64,000 nucleotides of DNA from Geosiphon pyriformis uo1 (Eukaryota > Fungi > Glomeromycota): NCBI GenBank assembly GCA_016748015.1, contig JAAOMT010000009.1, forward strand, positions 700,459 to 764,458, read 5' to 3'. The translations under genes and the position numbers were made by a program. The notes under the pieces were generated by a model. It had not been told where the DNA came from. It ran no database searches and was given only the letters and a program-made list of their open reading frames with translations. Within the stretch, counting starts at the first letter, position 1; the number at the start of each line of letters is the position of its first letter. Positions 13,189-26,629 of the stretch are shown piece after piece.

Positions 13189-15770
13189 TTAGATTTGTCT
13201 TATGTGTAACAAATTGTTAACATTTTTTTTATAATGTATAGTATAATTAAATAGTAATAATTTTTTTTTTTGCATGACAATTGTCTTCAAATTTTTGTTT
13301 TTGGATTAATGTTAATTCTTTGTGATTAATGTATACATCAAATTTTTGACTCAAGTATTCATTTTATTTTATAACAACCCAATAGATAGTTAAATGTTTT
13401 AATGTTAAAGTTTTATAGTTTTTTTTAATTAGACTTAGACTTTAGCTAAAATATGCTACTAAATGTTTTTATTTATCAGATTTTTTTGTGATAGCACTGC
13501 TTTCAATGCTTAACTTAATACATCAATAGTAATAATAAATGGCTTGCTATAATCTAAATAGATTAATATTAGAACTTGAATAAGCTTTTTTTATAATATA
13601 TTAAAAGCTTTTTGTTGGTTTTCTGTTCATTTATATATAATGTGTTTTGCTTGGAGCTGGTAGAATGATTAAGCCAGTTTGGAGAAGTTTTAAATAAAGC
13701 AGCAATAGTATTTAGCAAATTTCAAAAATATTCTTAGTTCTGTTTAGTTTATTGATACTAAAAAGTTCTTAACTATTTTAATTTTGTCTGGATCTGTTTT
13801 GATGCCATTTTTGTTTATGATATATTCAAAACTTAAGTTCAGTTTTTTTAAAAAAGCATTTGATAACATTTAATTTTAATTTAGCTCTTTTTAATTTTTC
13901 AAATACTTGTTTAAGATAATAGAGATAATTATTAAATGTTTTAAAAAACATATTGGTATTGTTTAAGTAAACTACTACTGATTTTCATAGTAATTCCTTG
14001 TAGACAATTTCTATTAGTTGTTAAAAGATAACTGGAGCATTGATTAAGCCAAAAAACATAATATTGAATTCAAAGTTTTCTTCTTTGGTGATAAATGCTG
14101 TCTTTTTTTTGTCAGCTAAATTTATGACTACTTGTCAATAATTATTATTTAAGTTCAATGTTAAAAACCATTTTTTTTCTCTAAAAACATTAAATAATTC
14201 TTGGATCTGTAAAGTTGGATAGCTGTTTTTACAAGTAATACTGTTGAGTTTTCTGTAATCTACACAAAAATAAATCTTTTCATTCTTTTTTTGAATAAGT
14301 ACTATTAGTAATGACCATAAACTTATTAATAATTGAATTAATCTATTGTCTAATATATGGTTGATTTCTTGATAAATAATCTTATAACTAGTAGGTAGTA
14401 CTTAGTATGCTATTTGTTTGATTGAAATGGCATCTCCAGTTTTAATCTGGTGCTAAATAATATTAGTTTTGTCAAATTTATTTTCACTTGCAAAGATTTT
14501 GGTAAAATTGTTAAGTAATAACTTGAATTGTATATGTTGAAGTGAATTTAAGTTTTCTAAATTCATTTGCTCCAACTATTCTGGTTGTAACAAATAGTAT
14601 TCTTTATGTTTATAAATTGTTTATAATATAAGTTTACATATTTACAAAGTTGTAAAAAATCTGAAATGGTAATTAGTGTTTGGTTCTTAACTTTAGTATT
14701 TAAGTATCTAATAGTAATTTTGCTTAGTATTTCAATTGGATTTTCAATTGTATTGTGTATTAGAATTTTAATGTGTTTATAATTTTTGGCAAATATATAA
14801 AATTAGAGATAACAATCTCTTTTGATTTACAAATAATAGGTTTTATTTCAAAAATTTGGGGTTAATTTTTTATTTTCTTCTTTATAATTAATATATACTG
14901 GTTATATAATAAAATAGAAATTGATTAATTAATAAAAATAATTTCTTTCTAATTAATGGTTTTTTTTTCTATCATATTAATTGGTATTTTTATTCTACTC
15001 ATAAATCCAAATTTTTTTATCTTTTTTGTTGTGATTTTTAACTCTTTTTTTGTTTCTACTAATACTAACTAAGCTATTTTTACCAAAAGTAGAAATATTG
15101 TCTGTGTTATCTTTTTATTTGGTTTAATAATATATGTTTTTTCTAATTTATTTTGTAGTATTGTAATAATATTTTCTATATATTCTGTATTAATTATTTC
15201 TCTTCTAATATTATTTTTGCTAAACTAGATTTAAACACTAATTAGACTATTGTTGTTGCTGAAATTTCTAGTTTTATTTTCAAATTTATGCTGATACATA
15301 AATAAAGTTTCAATCTGATAGCAGTTTTTTTTGAATATCTAAAATTAAATCTTGTATTAATATTATGTACATATTTTGGCATGATACCTTTATTATTATT
15401 ACTGAACCATTTAAGTTTCTGCTTCTTTAAAAAATCTAAGAATGCAATATATTGTTTAAAATTGTAATTAGAATTTAAATTGTTATTATTGTAGTTGCTA
15501 TTGTGAATAATATTGGAATTATTGTTGTTATTATTATCAAAATCTAAATTAAAATTAATTTTTAATTCTAATTCCAAAGTACATTTACTGATTGGTTTTT
15601 TCTTTAGGAATTGAATAAATCATGCATGCTAATGAATTGTAAATAAGGTTACAATTATCACAAAATTTAAAATTGCTGGAAATTAGGCAATATTTATAGA
15701 GTTGAGTATTTAATTGTTCTAAATATTGCTCTTATTCTTCTTAAGTATAATATTAATGCTAATTTTCTGT
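13189..15770 (-). pseudogene. pol remnant of element A: end of Cys-rich domain, dUTPase (~14995-15425), RT, RNase H
   Basis: dUTPase KGIMPKYVH..INLKIKLEI..KKFGFMS; RT FCVDYRKLNSITCK; RNase H ending LLHIRQI*. Confidence 0.82.
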
Positions 15771-15780
15771 TAAATTATAT

Positions 15781-15796
15781 CTCATAGAGAGCACTA
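15781..15796 (-). promoter_or_regulatory. Primer-binding site of element A
   Basis: rc tt-T(A)GTGCTCTCTATGAG immediately 3' of the 5' LTR; tRNA not assigned. Confidence 0.6.
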
Positions 15797-16419
15797 AATA
15801 TTACAAATAATTATTTAAAGTGTTAAAGCAAATAACAAACCCATAACTTGGTGCTCAATAGCTGTTAATAATAATAGTTTTTAAAGGTTTTAGTTAAGTT
15901 TTTATATAATAAAAAGATATTTAGTTAATAGTTTTTTCCAATTTTTGTCTTTAACATGATGATTAGTTTAATTTAGTAGTTGTGCCTTTTTGATAAACTA
16001 TTCTTAAGTTTTTTACTCTTATTTTATGAGTTTTTTACCAGACTATCTTTGATATTAATTACTTAATGCTTAATCTTTTAATTAATTAGTAAATAACAAA
16101 AAATACAAAAAAAAAAAAAAATTATTATCCCATTAATAGCCATAATTAAAAGCTATTGGTCTAATATAAAGTTCTAATATTTAGTCTAATTTAGTTTAAG
16201 TTTAATTGAATTATTAAACTAAACCAAATTTAAACAAAAAATTTGGCAAAATTTTAAACTCAAACTTAAATCAGATTTAAAATTACTGAATTTAAACTGA
16301 ATCTGAACACATACAACAAATCTGGTTTAAGTTTAGTTCAAGTTTATAAACATATTTAAGTTTGACTATTAAAAATATTATATTATATTATATTATTATT
16401 TAATTTTTTTTTAATAGTT

Positions 16420-16620
16420 TTTGTATCTATAATCAAAGACACTGTGTTGCTCTTATAGTTTTAGACACTAAGCAAAACTTTATATTTGTAATCATATTTC
16501 TATTTGCAGAAAAGATGCATTTAAAAGCAATAAATAATTTTTGGATTGCCAAATAATTACAAGTCATATATATAAAATAAGGAATTTGTGTTTAATATGT
16601 CTAAATATTAAATATTTAAT
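16420..16620 (-). pseudogene. hAT transposase C-terminal dimerisation domain remnant
   Basis: MTCNYLAIQKLFIAFKCIFSANRNMITNIKFCLVSKTIRATQCL resembles the consensus MARDYLAIPATSxxSERxFS..IT..R..L..TI. Confidence 0.78.
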
Positions 16621-17245
16621 AAAATGTTAATTTAGATAAATATTTTTTTAATATATCTTTTACTATGTTATTACATCTATTTTTTATTAACTATTTTTTC
16701 AAAGATATAATAATCAATTTTATTAAGTTTTTTTTCCTTATTATTGTTAAAATCTGTCTCTAATATAGATTGTATAACTGATACTACAGTATTATTAAAA
16801 TTGTTATTCAATAAAAACTGTTATTTAATGTTGGTATAATGTCTAATATGTATTTTATTTCAAAAAAAGTACACATTTTAAAGATTTATTTATCATATAA
16901 GAGTTGGAAAATAAAATTGGTTAAATAAATTAATAATTTACAATTTTTTTATTTTATTAATATTATCATCTAAAAATTCTCTCTTTGTAAAATAATAGAA
17001 TTTTTTTCTTAGATTCAATATAGTACAAACATTATAGTTGTATTTGTTTTAAAACAATATTTAACCAACTTTCTTCTTGCTGTTTTAGCTGTTATAACAA
17101 GTAATAGATCTAATATTAAATGTGTTAAATAAATAATTAAATAAATACAATCAAAATTATAATGTTTTACTAGATTTATTATCATTAATCATGTCTTCAA
17201 TGTAATTAAAAATAATATTAAAGAGAAGAATAATTGAGAAGACAG

Positions 17246-17903
17246 TGTTATGGATTGAAGTAATAAGTTAACAAATAGCAAGAAAAAACATAATTGTAGA
17301 GTAATGAAAGAAATTAAAGAGAATTCAACTTTAAAGAGTAAATTAAATGAATATGGATTTAATGTGTGAGATCAGTCTCATAAAATATCTCAGTTACTAT
17401 GCTTTTCAAAAGATAACCAGGGAATTTGAAAATAGAAAAATAGTCTATAGTGTTAACAAATAATCACACACTGGTATAATTCTATGCCTTATGTCAGCAC
17501 TTTTAGAATTCAATATCAGATATCAGATGTATTCTTTAGTCACATTTTATTCAATAATCTTTAAATGCTGTAATTACACATTTCAGAAAAAAAGTAGGAA
17601 ATAACCAACAAGTAATCTTTTATCCCAAGATGTTCAAATACTTGAAGATAGAGAAAGGAAAATTAGCAATAAGAGAATAATTGAAATAAAAATTATTATT
17701 TTATTTCTTTAATTTTTACATACTTTTCTACAGCTAAGAGATTCATTGCTTATATAGCTATCAAAAATAATCAATGATTAGGTTAACGACTAGGTCATTA
17801 ATCAGGTCAATTATCACTATCTAAAAATAAAGTGGCTAATTATATGACATTAGTGGTTAATACATGTGATAATTAATAAGAAATATAGATTTCAACTATA
17901 ATA
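17246..17903 (-). repeat. 3' LTR of B1
   Basis: Direct repeat of 24200-24840. Confidence 0.93.
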
Positions 17904-18625
17904 TTATCCTTTCCAAAGAGATTGAGCTTTGGCAAAATCAAGCTATTCATGATGTAATTTATTTGAAAAGTTTTATCTAACTCAAAGCTAACTAATTTGT
18001 TGAAGTCTTTTGTGGATAGGATATATAATACTTGATGTAAAATGAGTTTTGTATCCAAGAGACCAAATCTTTGTATAAGGGTTTTGGTTTTTTTAATAAT
18101 AGTTAAAACTCTTGGGATATCTAACCATATAATGTCCAAAATTTCTGCCTATATCTCTGAAGTTGTTTTCTTCATGAGTTTCATATCCTCTATGATTTCT
18201 CTAAAGCAACTATAGAGTTCTAATTGTCTTCCATATGACAAGTTTTTGTTTATGGGTAAGATTTTTTGAAGTGTTTTTCTAATTATGCTAGAAGGTGGAA
18301 GTATAGCTGTTGTTATACCTTTCAACAAATATTTATCTATTTTGCTACCAATTTTTTTTCTTCTGGTAGTGGTTTTTTTTAGTCTAATAACAATATGTGT
18401 TCTATTGTTATCAGTTATAGTAATTTGTTTTCCAATAGTTAAAGTAGCATTTGAATAGTTTTTGATCCAATATTCATGAAGAGTATAGAAGGCATTTTGA
18501 ATGTTTTGATCCAGAAAATAATTGTTCATGTCAATTGAAAATATTTCTGTTTTGCAAATGATACATTTATTTATACTTGATTTTTGCTGATCATTTGGGT
18601 TAGTATTACCACAATAGACAACCAA
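17873..18625 (-). pseudogene. Extra ORF3 of B1 (CxxC near N-terminus), runs into the 3' LTR
   Basis: ORFs 18149-18625 and 17873-18139 are in one frame, separated by a single TAG; ~240 codons downstream of integrase. True start unclear. Confidence 0.65.
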
Positions 18626-19857
18626 TCAGATCATTTATAATATTTTTTGAGTCATGTATCATAAACAGAATAATTATTGAAGATTGTTCTGGATTGATCT
18701 TGAAGAATATAAGAGCCATTGTTCAAAACTTTGTTGACTAAAAAGGGTTTTTTCTATCAGCTAGAGAATTTATCATTATAAATATTGTCTCTGTCTAAAC
18801 GGTATTCCAATACCAAGTCACCAATACTTAAAAAAAGTATTTTATAGGTTTTTTTTTTCTTAAGCTTTTCTTGAAACTGTTTTATCTTTTCAAAAGCAAT
18901 TATTTATGCTTCTACCAAGGAGTTAAGAATAATACCAAGTCTTCTTTGTAAAATGTCTTTATAATTCCCTATTGTGATTTTTTCAAAAGGTATTGTTTCA
19001 ATGTTAGTTTCTATTGGTAATATTGCTATTTATTCATAGAGCAGATAAAAAATTTCATAATTTGTTATGTTATGATTTACAGTTCTATAAGCAAACAAAG
19101 CTGAAAGCAGTACTTTGTCTCATAAGTTTGTTTTTTCACTGGTTTTGGCTAAAGTTTCACATAGTGTTCTATTGAAACATTCTACTAGACTATTTGTTTG
19201 AGAGTGATAAAGAGAAGAAAGTTTATGATATATTCTCATTTTTCTACAAAGTTCTTCAACTAGTGTACTGAAAAAAGCTCTTCCTTTATCAGATAAAAGT
19301 TCTTTGGAGCAGCCATGACAGCAGATAATATCTTCATAAATAAAATTGGCTATTGAGATTGCTGTTTGGTTTGGAGTGGCTCTTGCTTCTATCCACTTTG
19401 TAAGATAGTCAGTAGTTGTGATAATGTATCTGTTGTTATTAGGAATTATTGTTAAAAGTCTAACAACATCTATACCAATTCTGTCAAATAATTGACCAAC
19501 AAAGATTGAATAAATATCTTCTTTGTGATTGAGTTTGTCTTTTTTTTGGCAAATGTTACAAGGTAGGCCAATAATAATGAGCTGAAGTTTTCTGAATTGT
19601 TTTTGTTTTTTCAAAGTATTTAGTTAATGGGTCAATGTACATGTTGTATATTACAATTTTTTTTTCTTCAAATTTGATGACTTTCTGGGGCAGTTAGGAT
19701 CTTTTCTGTTTCTTTTATATAATTGGTTCTGGTGGATCAAATAGAAATTTGATTGTTTGCGCAAATGTTCTCTTTGTTGTTAAATGTATTTTGGCAGGTA
19801 TTGTCCTTTACCCAAAAATTCTATTAAGGCAGAGTAGTTGTCCAAGTCCATTATCAT
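18570..19857 (-). pseudogene. Integrase ORF of B1
   Basis: Starts MIMDLDNY; CNICQ zinc motif; FDRIGIDVV..TDYLTKWIEARA..LLSDKG..YHSQTNSLVECFNRTL core; SH3-like tail. Confidence 0.88.
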
Positions 19858-19914
19858 GTTTGTTTATAAGAGTATTATTAATAATTAAGTTGGTTTGATT
19901 AAGAGATTGTACTA

Positions 19915-22900
19915 TTATTGGATGGTAAGTCTAGAAAGAGCATTGGCATTTTGATGATTTGCTCCTTTGTGGTATTGAATATCATAGTCAAATTCATTCA
20001 AGTAAAGTATTCAGCAAGTTATTCATTTGTGTTCCAGCTTTTTTTTATTGCACAGCCAAACCAAGGCTTGATAATCTGTTACTATTAGGAATTTCACACC
20101 AAAAAGATATTAATCCTAGTAACTAGTAGCCCAAACTACTGCTAAATATTCTTGTTTAGTAACTAAATAGTTTTTTTCTGCTAGTGTAAAGGATCTATTG
20201 GCATATGCTATAACATGTTCTTTGCCATTTTCATTTTTCTGTAAAAGGACAGCACCAAGTCCATAGCCAGATACATCAGTGTAGAAAATAAAAGATTGGT
20301 CCAGATCAAGCTGCTTAAAAATTGGTTTAATAATAAGTTTTTTCTTCAGAATTTCAAAAGCTTTTTGTTGATGAGTGTTCTAGTGATAATTAACATTTTT
20401 CTTGAGTAGCTGATTAAGAGAAAAAGCAATTTTGAAGAAATCCTTGATAAATTTGCAATAGTAAAAAGCCAAACCAAGGAAAAAGTGTAGTTTAGAAACA
20501 TTCATTGATTGTTTAATGTTTTGAACTTTTTCAAATTTAGCTGGATTAGAGAAGATTCCATCTTTTGTGATAAAATGACCAAGGAACTAAATGGATTGGT
20601 GTCCAAAGAAAAATTTGATTGAGTTGATCTTAAGGCCAGCATTTTTGAGCAGATCAAAAACCTTCTGCAAATGTTCAAGGTGTTTATCCCAGATTTTTGA
20701 GTAGATTATTATGTTGTCTAAGTAGACCAGAACAAAGTTTTTTTTTACTGATTCAAATACTTTGTCCATTAGACATTAAAAGATAGAAGGGGCATTGGTA
20801 AGACCAAAAGACATGATTGTGAATTCATAGGTGCCATACTTGGTAATAAAGACAGTTTTTTTTCTGCTTTTTGGATCTATCTCTACTTGCCAAAATCTAT
20901 CAGTTAAATCAATGATTGAAAAGAAAGCAGCACCATTGAATTTATCTAGCATTGCATCAATTTTGAAAAGTAGGTACATGTTTCATATAGTGATGACATT
21001 TAATTGGCAGTAATCAACACAGAAATGTAGAGTTCCACTTTTCTTGGATATTACTACAACTGGGAAACCCCATTGACTCTTGGTTTCTTGTATGAATTCA
21101 AAATTTTTCATTCGGTTTATCTCTTTCTTAATGAACTTATTATTGTGTTAATTGGATTAATAAAACTTCAAATAGATGGAACAAGTTTCTTTTGTGGTGA
21201 TAATGTGTTGTATTAAATAGGTTCATCCAGAGGTATCACCTTCTTTTAAGATAACTGGGCCATTTCTAGCCAATAGATTTTTAATGTCCACTTTTCTTTT
21301 TTTAGGAGAAGGTTTTTTTTGTTCTACAATTAGTGATTGAATTTCAGGTGGTTCATTCTCAAAGGACTTCTGTATTTCTTTTAGTTTTTCTTTGGGTATC
21401 AAACTAATTGGCTCCCAATCTTTGTAATAGATCAGACAGGACTTGCATTTATCACTAGGAGAATACAAAGGTTTATTGCACCAACATCTGGCACAAGAAC
21501 TATATTACTAATAGCTGTATTTGGCTTTCTTGCCAGACTTTTTATCAAAAGTTTTACTTAGAATATCATAGTAAAACCAGCAGATTAGCTTGCCATTTAC
21601 CATGATTCTTTTTTTGTTAGCTTTAATATTGTCCAGTGACTTGCCATTACTGGTAAAGATAATATAGGCAAGTTTAGTAGTTTCTTTTTGTTTTTTTTGA
21701 TCTTCTTTATCATCACTCTCATTATCATCTGATTCATCTGATTGTTCATCTTCTTGATTCTGCTTGGGTACTGAAGAGATTGTTCAATGACAGCACTTAA
21801 CCACAATGGACTTTTTACCATATCTAATGGTTAGCTTACAAAGTTCATAATTAAGTAGCACTTTGGCTTTCTTGAGTCACTTATTGCCAACAATTATGGT
21901 GTACTCTTTTGCTTCAGATACTTCCATGTTAGTTTCAATACTAATATCATTGATGTAGACAGGAATAGCTTTGGCTATACTCAGGTCTTTCTTTTTGTCA
22001 CCATGTACATTGGTTATTGGTCAAGTGGAAAACTCATCAATTTTTCTGCCAATTGCTTCAAAAAAGTGTTTGGCAATTACACTAACAGATAATCTACTGT
22101 CTAAGATCAAATTAATAAAGTAACCAGCCACTTGGGCTTTGCAAATCAGAGGAATAACATTGTTGTTGTCAGTGAGTTCAGCTTGACAAGAACATTTATT
22201 GGTTTTTGGTGTCTTCTTTTTTAGAATCAATAACTTGTGAAAATTTTTTCTGAACTGTGGATGAGTTATTAGTTGGCCAAATTTAATGTGTGCTAGAGTT
22301 TCTATAAGATCTTTAACAACAGAATAAAGACCAGATTTTTGTATTATCTCTGGGAGTTCTAACTTTGGAGGATTTTTAAAAACTAGCCTTTGATGGCTTA
22401 TTGTTATCAGCAGTTAATGTGGATGCTTTTTTTGGATCTAGAACAAAATCAACTTTGGCTTTCTTCTTCTTTTTTGTTGATTCAGAAGTGTTGATTGCTA
22501 GTTTATCCATGTTATGATCATTATTAGTTAGGTTAAAAGTGTAAAAGAAGTTTTCTTTTAGTTGGCTTGTACTCTCATCCTTTGGAGATGTACCTACCAG
22601 TTTAAAGATTAATAAACAGTAACTTCAACTAGGAGATTTTTTTTAAAGAAATTGATGTTGGCATGATTGGGTTTTTAATTAGGAACATTGTTGTTAATAG
22701 TTCTGTTGGTTTGATTGTTATTGTTTCTAGGAACTGAAAAAGGCAATGGAGAATTGTTGTAATCTCTGGAAAAATGTCCAGTTAATCCACAATGATAGCA
22801 CACAAGTGGGTTACAATTTTGTTGTCTTTGATAAGAGAGTTGCTAGAGTTGATTAAAACATGGTTTAAATCTAGGTCTTTGTAGTTGCTGGTTGTCTTTA

Positions 22901-24170
22901 ACTGCTTGGGCTAATGGTTTTAATAGTCAAGCAAAATTTGCTATAAGTCTATCTATCAACTGTTTATTTGAGTCTTGAGTTTGAGTGGCAAAAGAGGTAG
23001 TAGTCATTTGTGAAGCAGGAGCCATAACAGAAGCAGAAGCAAAAATTGGAAGTGTGGATCCCAGATGCATTCTTTGGTTATCTTCTATTTTCTGAACAAG
23101 TTCAATAGTCATATCTATTGTGGAATTATCTTTCAAGATTAGGAGGGACCAAAGAGCATATAAGAGATCAGTTCTCAATTCTTTTGTGAAGGAGTAAGTT
23201 TTTTGCTCTTCTGTCCAGTTTCTTTCAGAGTCTACCTGTTTGATTAACTTTCTGATTGCTTTGACATATTCAGTTACAACCTTACCAGAACCTTGGGTTC
23301 TTTTTTCTAATTTTATGTGCCATTTGGATATTAAAATAGAAGTTTTAAATTTCATTTCAAACTGGATAGTAAAAGAGGTGTTATCTTCTCTGGCATTTGC
23401 TAATGCTCATTTAATAATTCTTTGCTGAGCATTGGTATTGGTTTCTTGTGAGAACCAAATAGCAAGAGAGCCTTGAAAGTAGCCATCAACAATTTGGAAC
23501 TTGTATTCATTATCATATTGGTTGGCTGTGACAGTTCTTTTAAAGTCATCCAATCATTTAATTGGATCTTGTGTATTACCTCTGAATAATGATAATAAGA
23601 TATTGTTTCTTTGTCCTAAAGCAGTTTGTATGCCTTGGAGAGTAATCAAGATGTTTTGTTGCATAGAGTCTTAAGCCATTGGTTTAGGTGTAACTGTTTG
23701 TGTAGAATGTTCTGATTCACTTAAGAAGAGATTAAAAACAGGAGCAGTTTAATAGCTTTTTTCTTTTGTTTCAAAGAGTGTTTCAGTTGCTTGATGAGCA
23801 GCAATCAAAATGTGGATTTGATGATTCAGATATTTAAAATCAAGAAGTTATTGTTTAAAAGTTGTGAAGTATAAAAGCTAATTGATACTGTTGTTTTTTT
23901 CTTCAAAGTTGTCTTTAAAATAAGCTTGGTCAAAGTAATAGGTTGTATAGACTGTATAAGTTTTAGCTGAATGCTTGTTTAGAAACCAGTTCCAAAACCC
24001 TTAAAATTGTCTGCTAGATTGTTTTTCAATGAGGAAGCAAATTAAGCAGAAGGACAAAAAATTGAGTTCAATAAAGTCTAGATCATTTTTGTTGTGTGCT
24101 TCAAAGTGTTTTTCTGATTGTTGTGGCAGATATAAATAATCACCCATATAATAGGAAACAAAGTAGATTT
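19915..24170 (-). pseudogene. gag-protease-Cys domain-RT-RNase H of B1
   Basis: Knuckle CYHCGLTGHFSRD (~22790), protease LILDSRLSVSVI, RT VYLDNIIIYS, RNase H ending ALSRLTIQ*. Start approximate. Confidence 0.88.
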
Positions 24171-24199
24171 TGACAACTTCACAAGAAGCACTATTTTTA

Positions 24200-24840
24200 T
24201 GTTATGGGTTGGAATAACAAGCTAACGGATAACAAAAGAGAACAGAATTATAGGGTAATAAAAGAAATCAAAAAAAATTCAACTTTAAAGAGTGAATTAA
24301 ATGAGTATGAATTCAATGTGTGAGATTAGTCTCATAAAATATCTCAGTTACTATGCTTTTCAAAAAATAACCAGGGAATCTGAAGATAAAAAAATAGTCT
24401 ATAGTGTCAACAAATAATCACACACTGGTATAATTCTATGTCTCATGTCAGCATTTTTAGAATTCAATATCAGATATCAGATGTATTCTTTAGTCACATT
24501 TTATTTAATAATCTTCAAATGCTGTAATTACACATTTCAGGAAAAGAGTAGGGAATAACCAACAAGTAATCTTTTATTCCAAAATATTCAGATACTTAAA
24601 GGTAAGGAAAAAAAAATTAGTGATAAGAGAATAATTAAGATAAAAGTTGTTATTTTATTTCTTTTCTTTCTTTGATTTCTACATACTTTTCTAGCTAAAA
24701 GATTTATTGCTTATATAGCTATCAAAAGTGGTCAATAATTAGGTCAATGATTACTATCTAAAAATAAAGTGGCTAATGATATGACATTAATGGTTAATAT
24801 ATGTGATAATTAATAAGAAGTATAGGTTTCAATCATAACA
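24200..24840 (-). repeat. 5' LTR of B1
   Basis: Direct repeat of 17246-17903; followed on the minus strand by PBS-like T(A)GTGCTTCTTGTG. Confidence 0.93.
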
Positions 24841-24989
24841 ACAGTATTATTTAAACTGGCTAATATTTTGACTATAATATTCTTAAATAATTTAAAGAAT
24901 TTAACAATTTTATTAAAGACAATTCACAAATTATGTGAAATAATATATTAATAAAGATCAATGTGTGTATTAGTAAAAGTATTTAATGT

Positions 24990-25814
24990 TGTTACTCATA
25001 GAAATATAGGGAATATGTATTAGCATAGTTATTAACCAATCAGAAGTAAACATAGTAAAATGTGGAATTTCTCAGAAATTACAGAATTTCAGGAATTACA
25101 GGATTCTCACAAGGAATCGCAAGATTCCAGAATTCCAGGATTCCTCTCAAAGGAATTTCAGGATTCCTGTTGTGAAGAATTAAGGAATTGAGGAATCTTA
25201 ATTATGTATATATAGCAGTAAGATTAGAAGCTAAAAAGACAGACCTCTCCGTTTAGATTTCATCTAAACAACTTTTCAAACCACAAATAAATAACTATTT
25301 GTTATTTCAAACCCACTGCCACTATCAACACTTCATGTGATAGTAATTGATACTTAACCACACTGGAACAATAGCTCTTGATTATGGCTATTGACGGAAT
25401 ACTAACTTGTAAATTGTCTTGGCTTATTTCTTTTTTTTTCTTTATTTCTTGCTTTGATTTTATTGTTATTTACTAACTCTATTAAGGATTAACGCGTGGG
25501 GTACTGACATCAGAATAAACATGACTGGTAAAAGACTCAGAAATAAGGGTAGAACACTCAATTGAGGATAGCTTACTAGAAAAAATACCAGCCATCAAAC
25601 TGAGAAAAAAATTGATAAAACTGCAGTTTTGGGAAGTTATGGAAAAAACTATTACCATTGAATCTCTGTCTATTATACAAAGAACTCAACCAAACCCTTT
25701 GGATACAAACCCTTCAGACACAAATCTTTAGATCACTATCAACTGCAACTAGATTTGAGCACCAAGTTATGGGTTTGTTATCTAATCTAACACCAGAAGT
25801 AGTCACCTGTAACA
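24990..25814 (+). mobile_element. Solo LTR, family A
   Basis: Perfect TGTTAC...GTAACA termini; TSD ATGT/ATGT; TATA at ~25207. Confidence 0.94.
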
Positions 25815-26414
25815 ATGTTTATAAATTTACAATTAGAATTTTTGTATTTAAAATATATGAAATCAAAAATAAATAACTTGTTGATTTAAGAAATAACTTA
25901 TTTCTAACTATGTTGTAAGTAAAATTCTACTAGGTAAAACAATTCAGAATAAGTTTACAGTATTTAATTTGATATATATTACAAACACATTTAAGAAACT
26001 TAAAATATTGGAACAAAATATGGATTACAGAGTTAAGTTCTCTAATCTTTAGTTTATACAAAGTTTATATTAGGAAAATTTCAAATAAATATATTTGGTT
26101 TGGATTTTTAACAAATATCTTGAAAACATTATTTTTTATTTATCTAGAACTATCTGTACTGCCAAGTTTAGAATATGATCAAAGCATTAAAATCAAAAGT
26201 TTTCTAAGTTTTATTGAATGTTTTTCTTTTTTAATTTTCTTACTAACTTTCTTATGAAAGTACTATTATTTACAATATTATTGAAAATAATAGCAAAAAG
26301 CTATCAAAAAAAATCAGGTTATAATTAATAAAATTAATAATAAACTTGTATAAAAAAAGAGTAAGTATAACTTTTTCTTAAACTTCTATCTTAATCTTTT
26401 TGGCTAAAAATTTG

Positions 26415-26629
26415 GCTTGAAACAATGATGAAACCACTTAAGCTAATATTAAAAAAATACAGTTTTTGATAATATGAGCACTGTGATAATTCTAAGTTTT
26501 AGATAATGCTAATGCCACAAATTTAGCTCTGAAACAATAATAAAAACCAACTTAAATTAATATTAAGAAAACATAATTTTCAATAATATAAGCACTATAA
26601 TAATTCTAAGTTTCAGATAATACTAATGC
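26415..26629. repeat. ~114-bp tandem repeat inside the hAT element; third unit continues at 46229-46345
   Basis: ataattctaagttt(t/c)agataat recurs 114 bp apart (tctaag at 26491 and 26605) and again at ~46322 beyond element C. Confidence 0.85.

Larger units (their letters stand above)
17246..24840 (-). mobile_element. Gypsy B1, full length (7.6 kb), no dUTPase
   Basis: LTRs 17246-17903 and 24200-24840 (tgttatgg...ataaca); TSD ACAG/ACAG; PBS ~24180-24193; PPT ~17904-17914. Confidence 0.95.

Noticed and set aside
25060-25200. Heat-shock elements in the solo LTR U3
   Set aside because: GAA/TTC-rich, but I found no clean run of three correctly spaced inverted nGAAn units.
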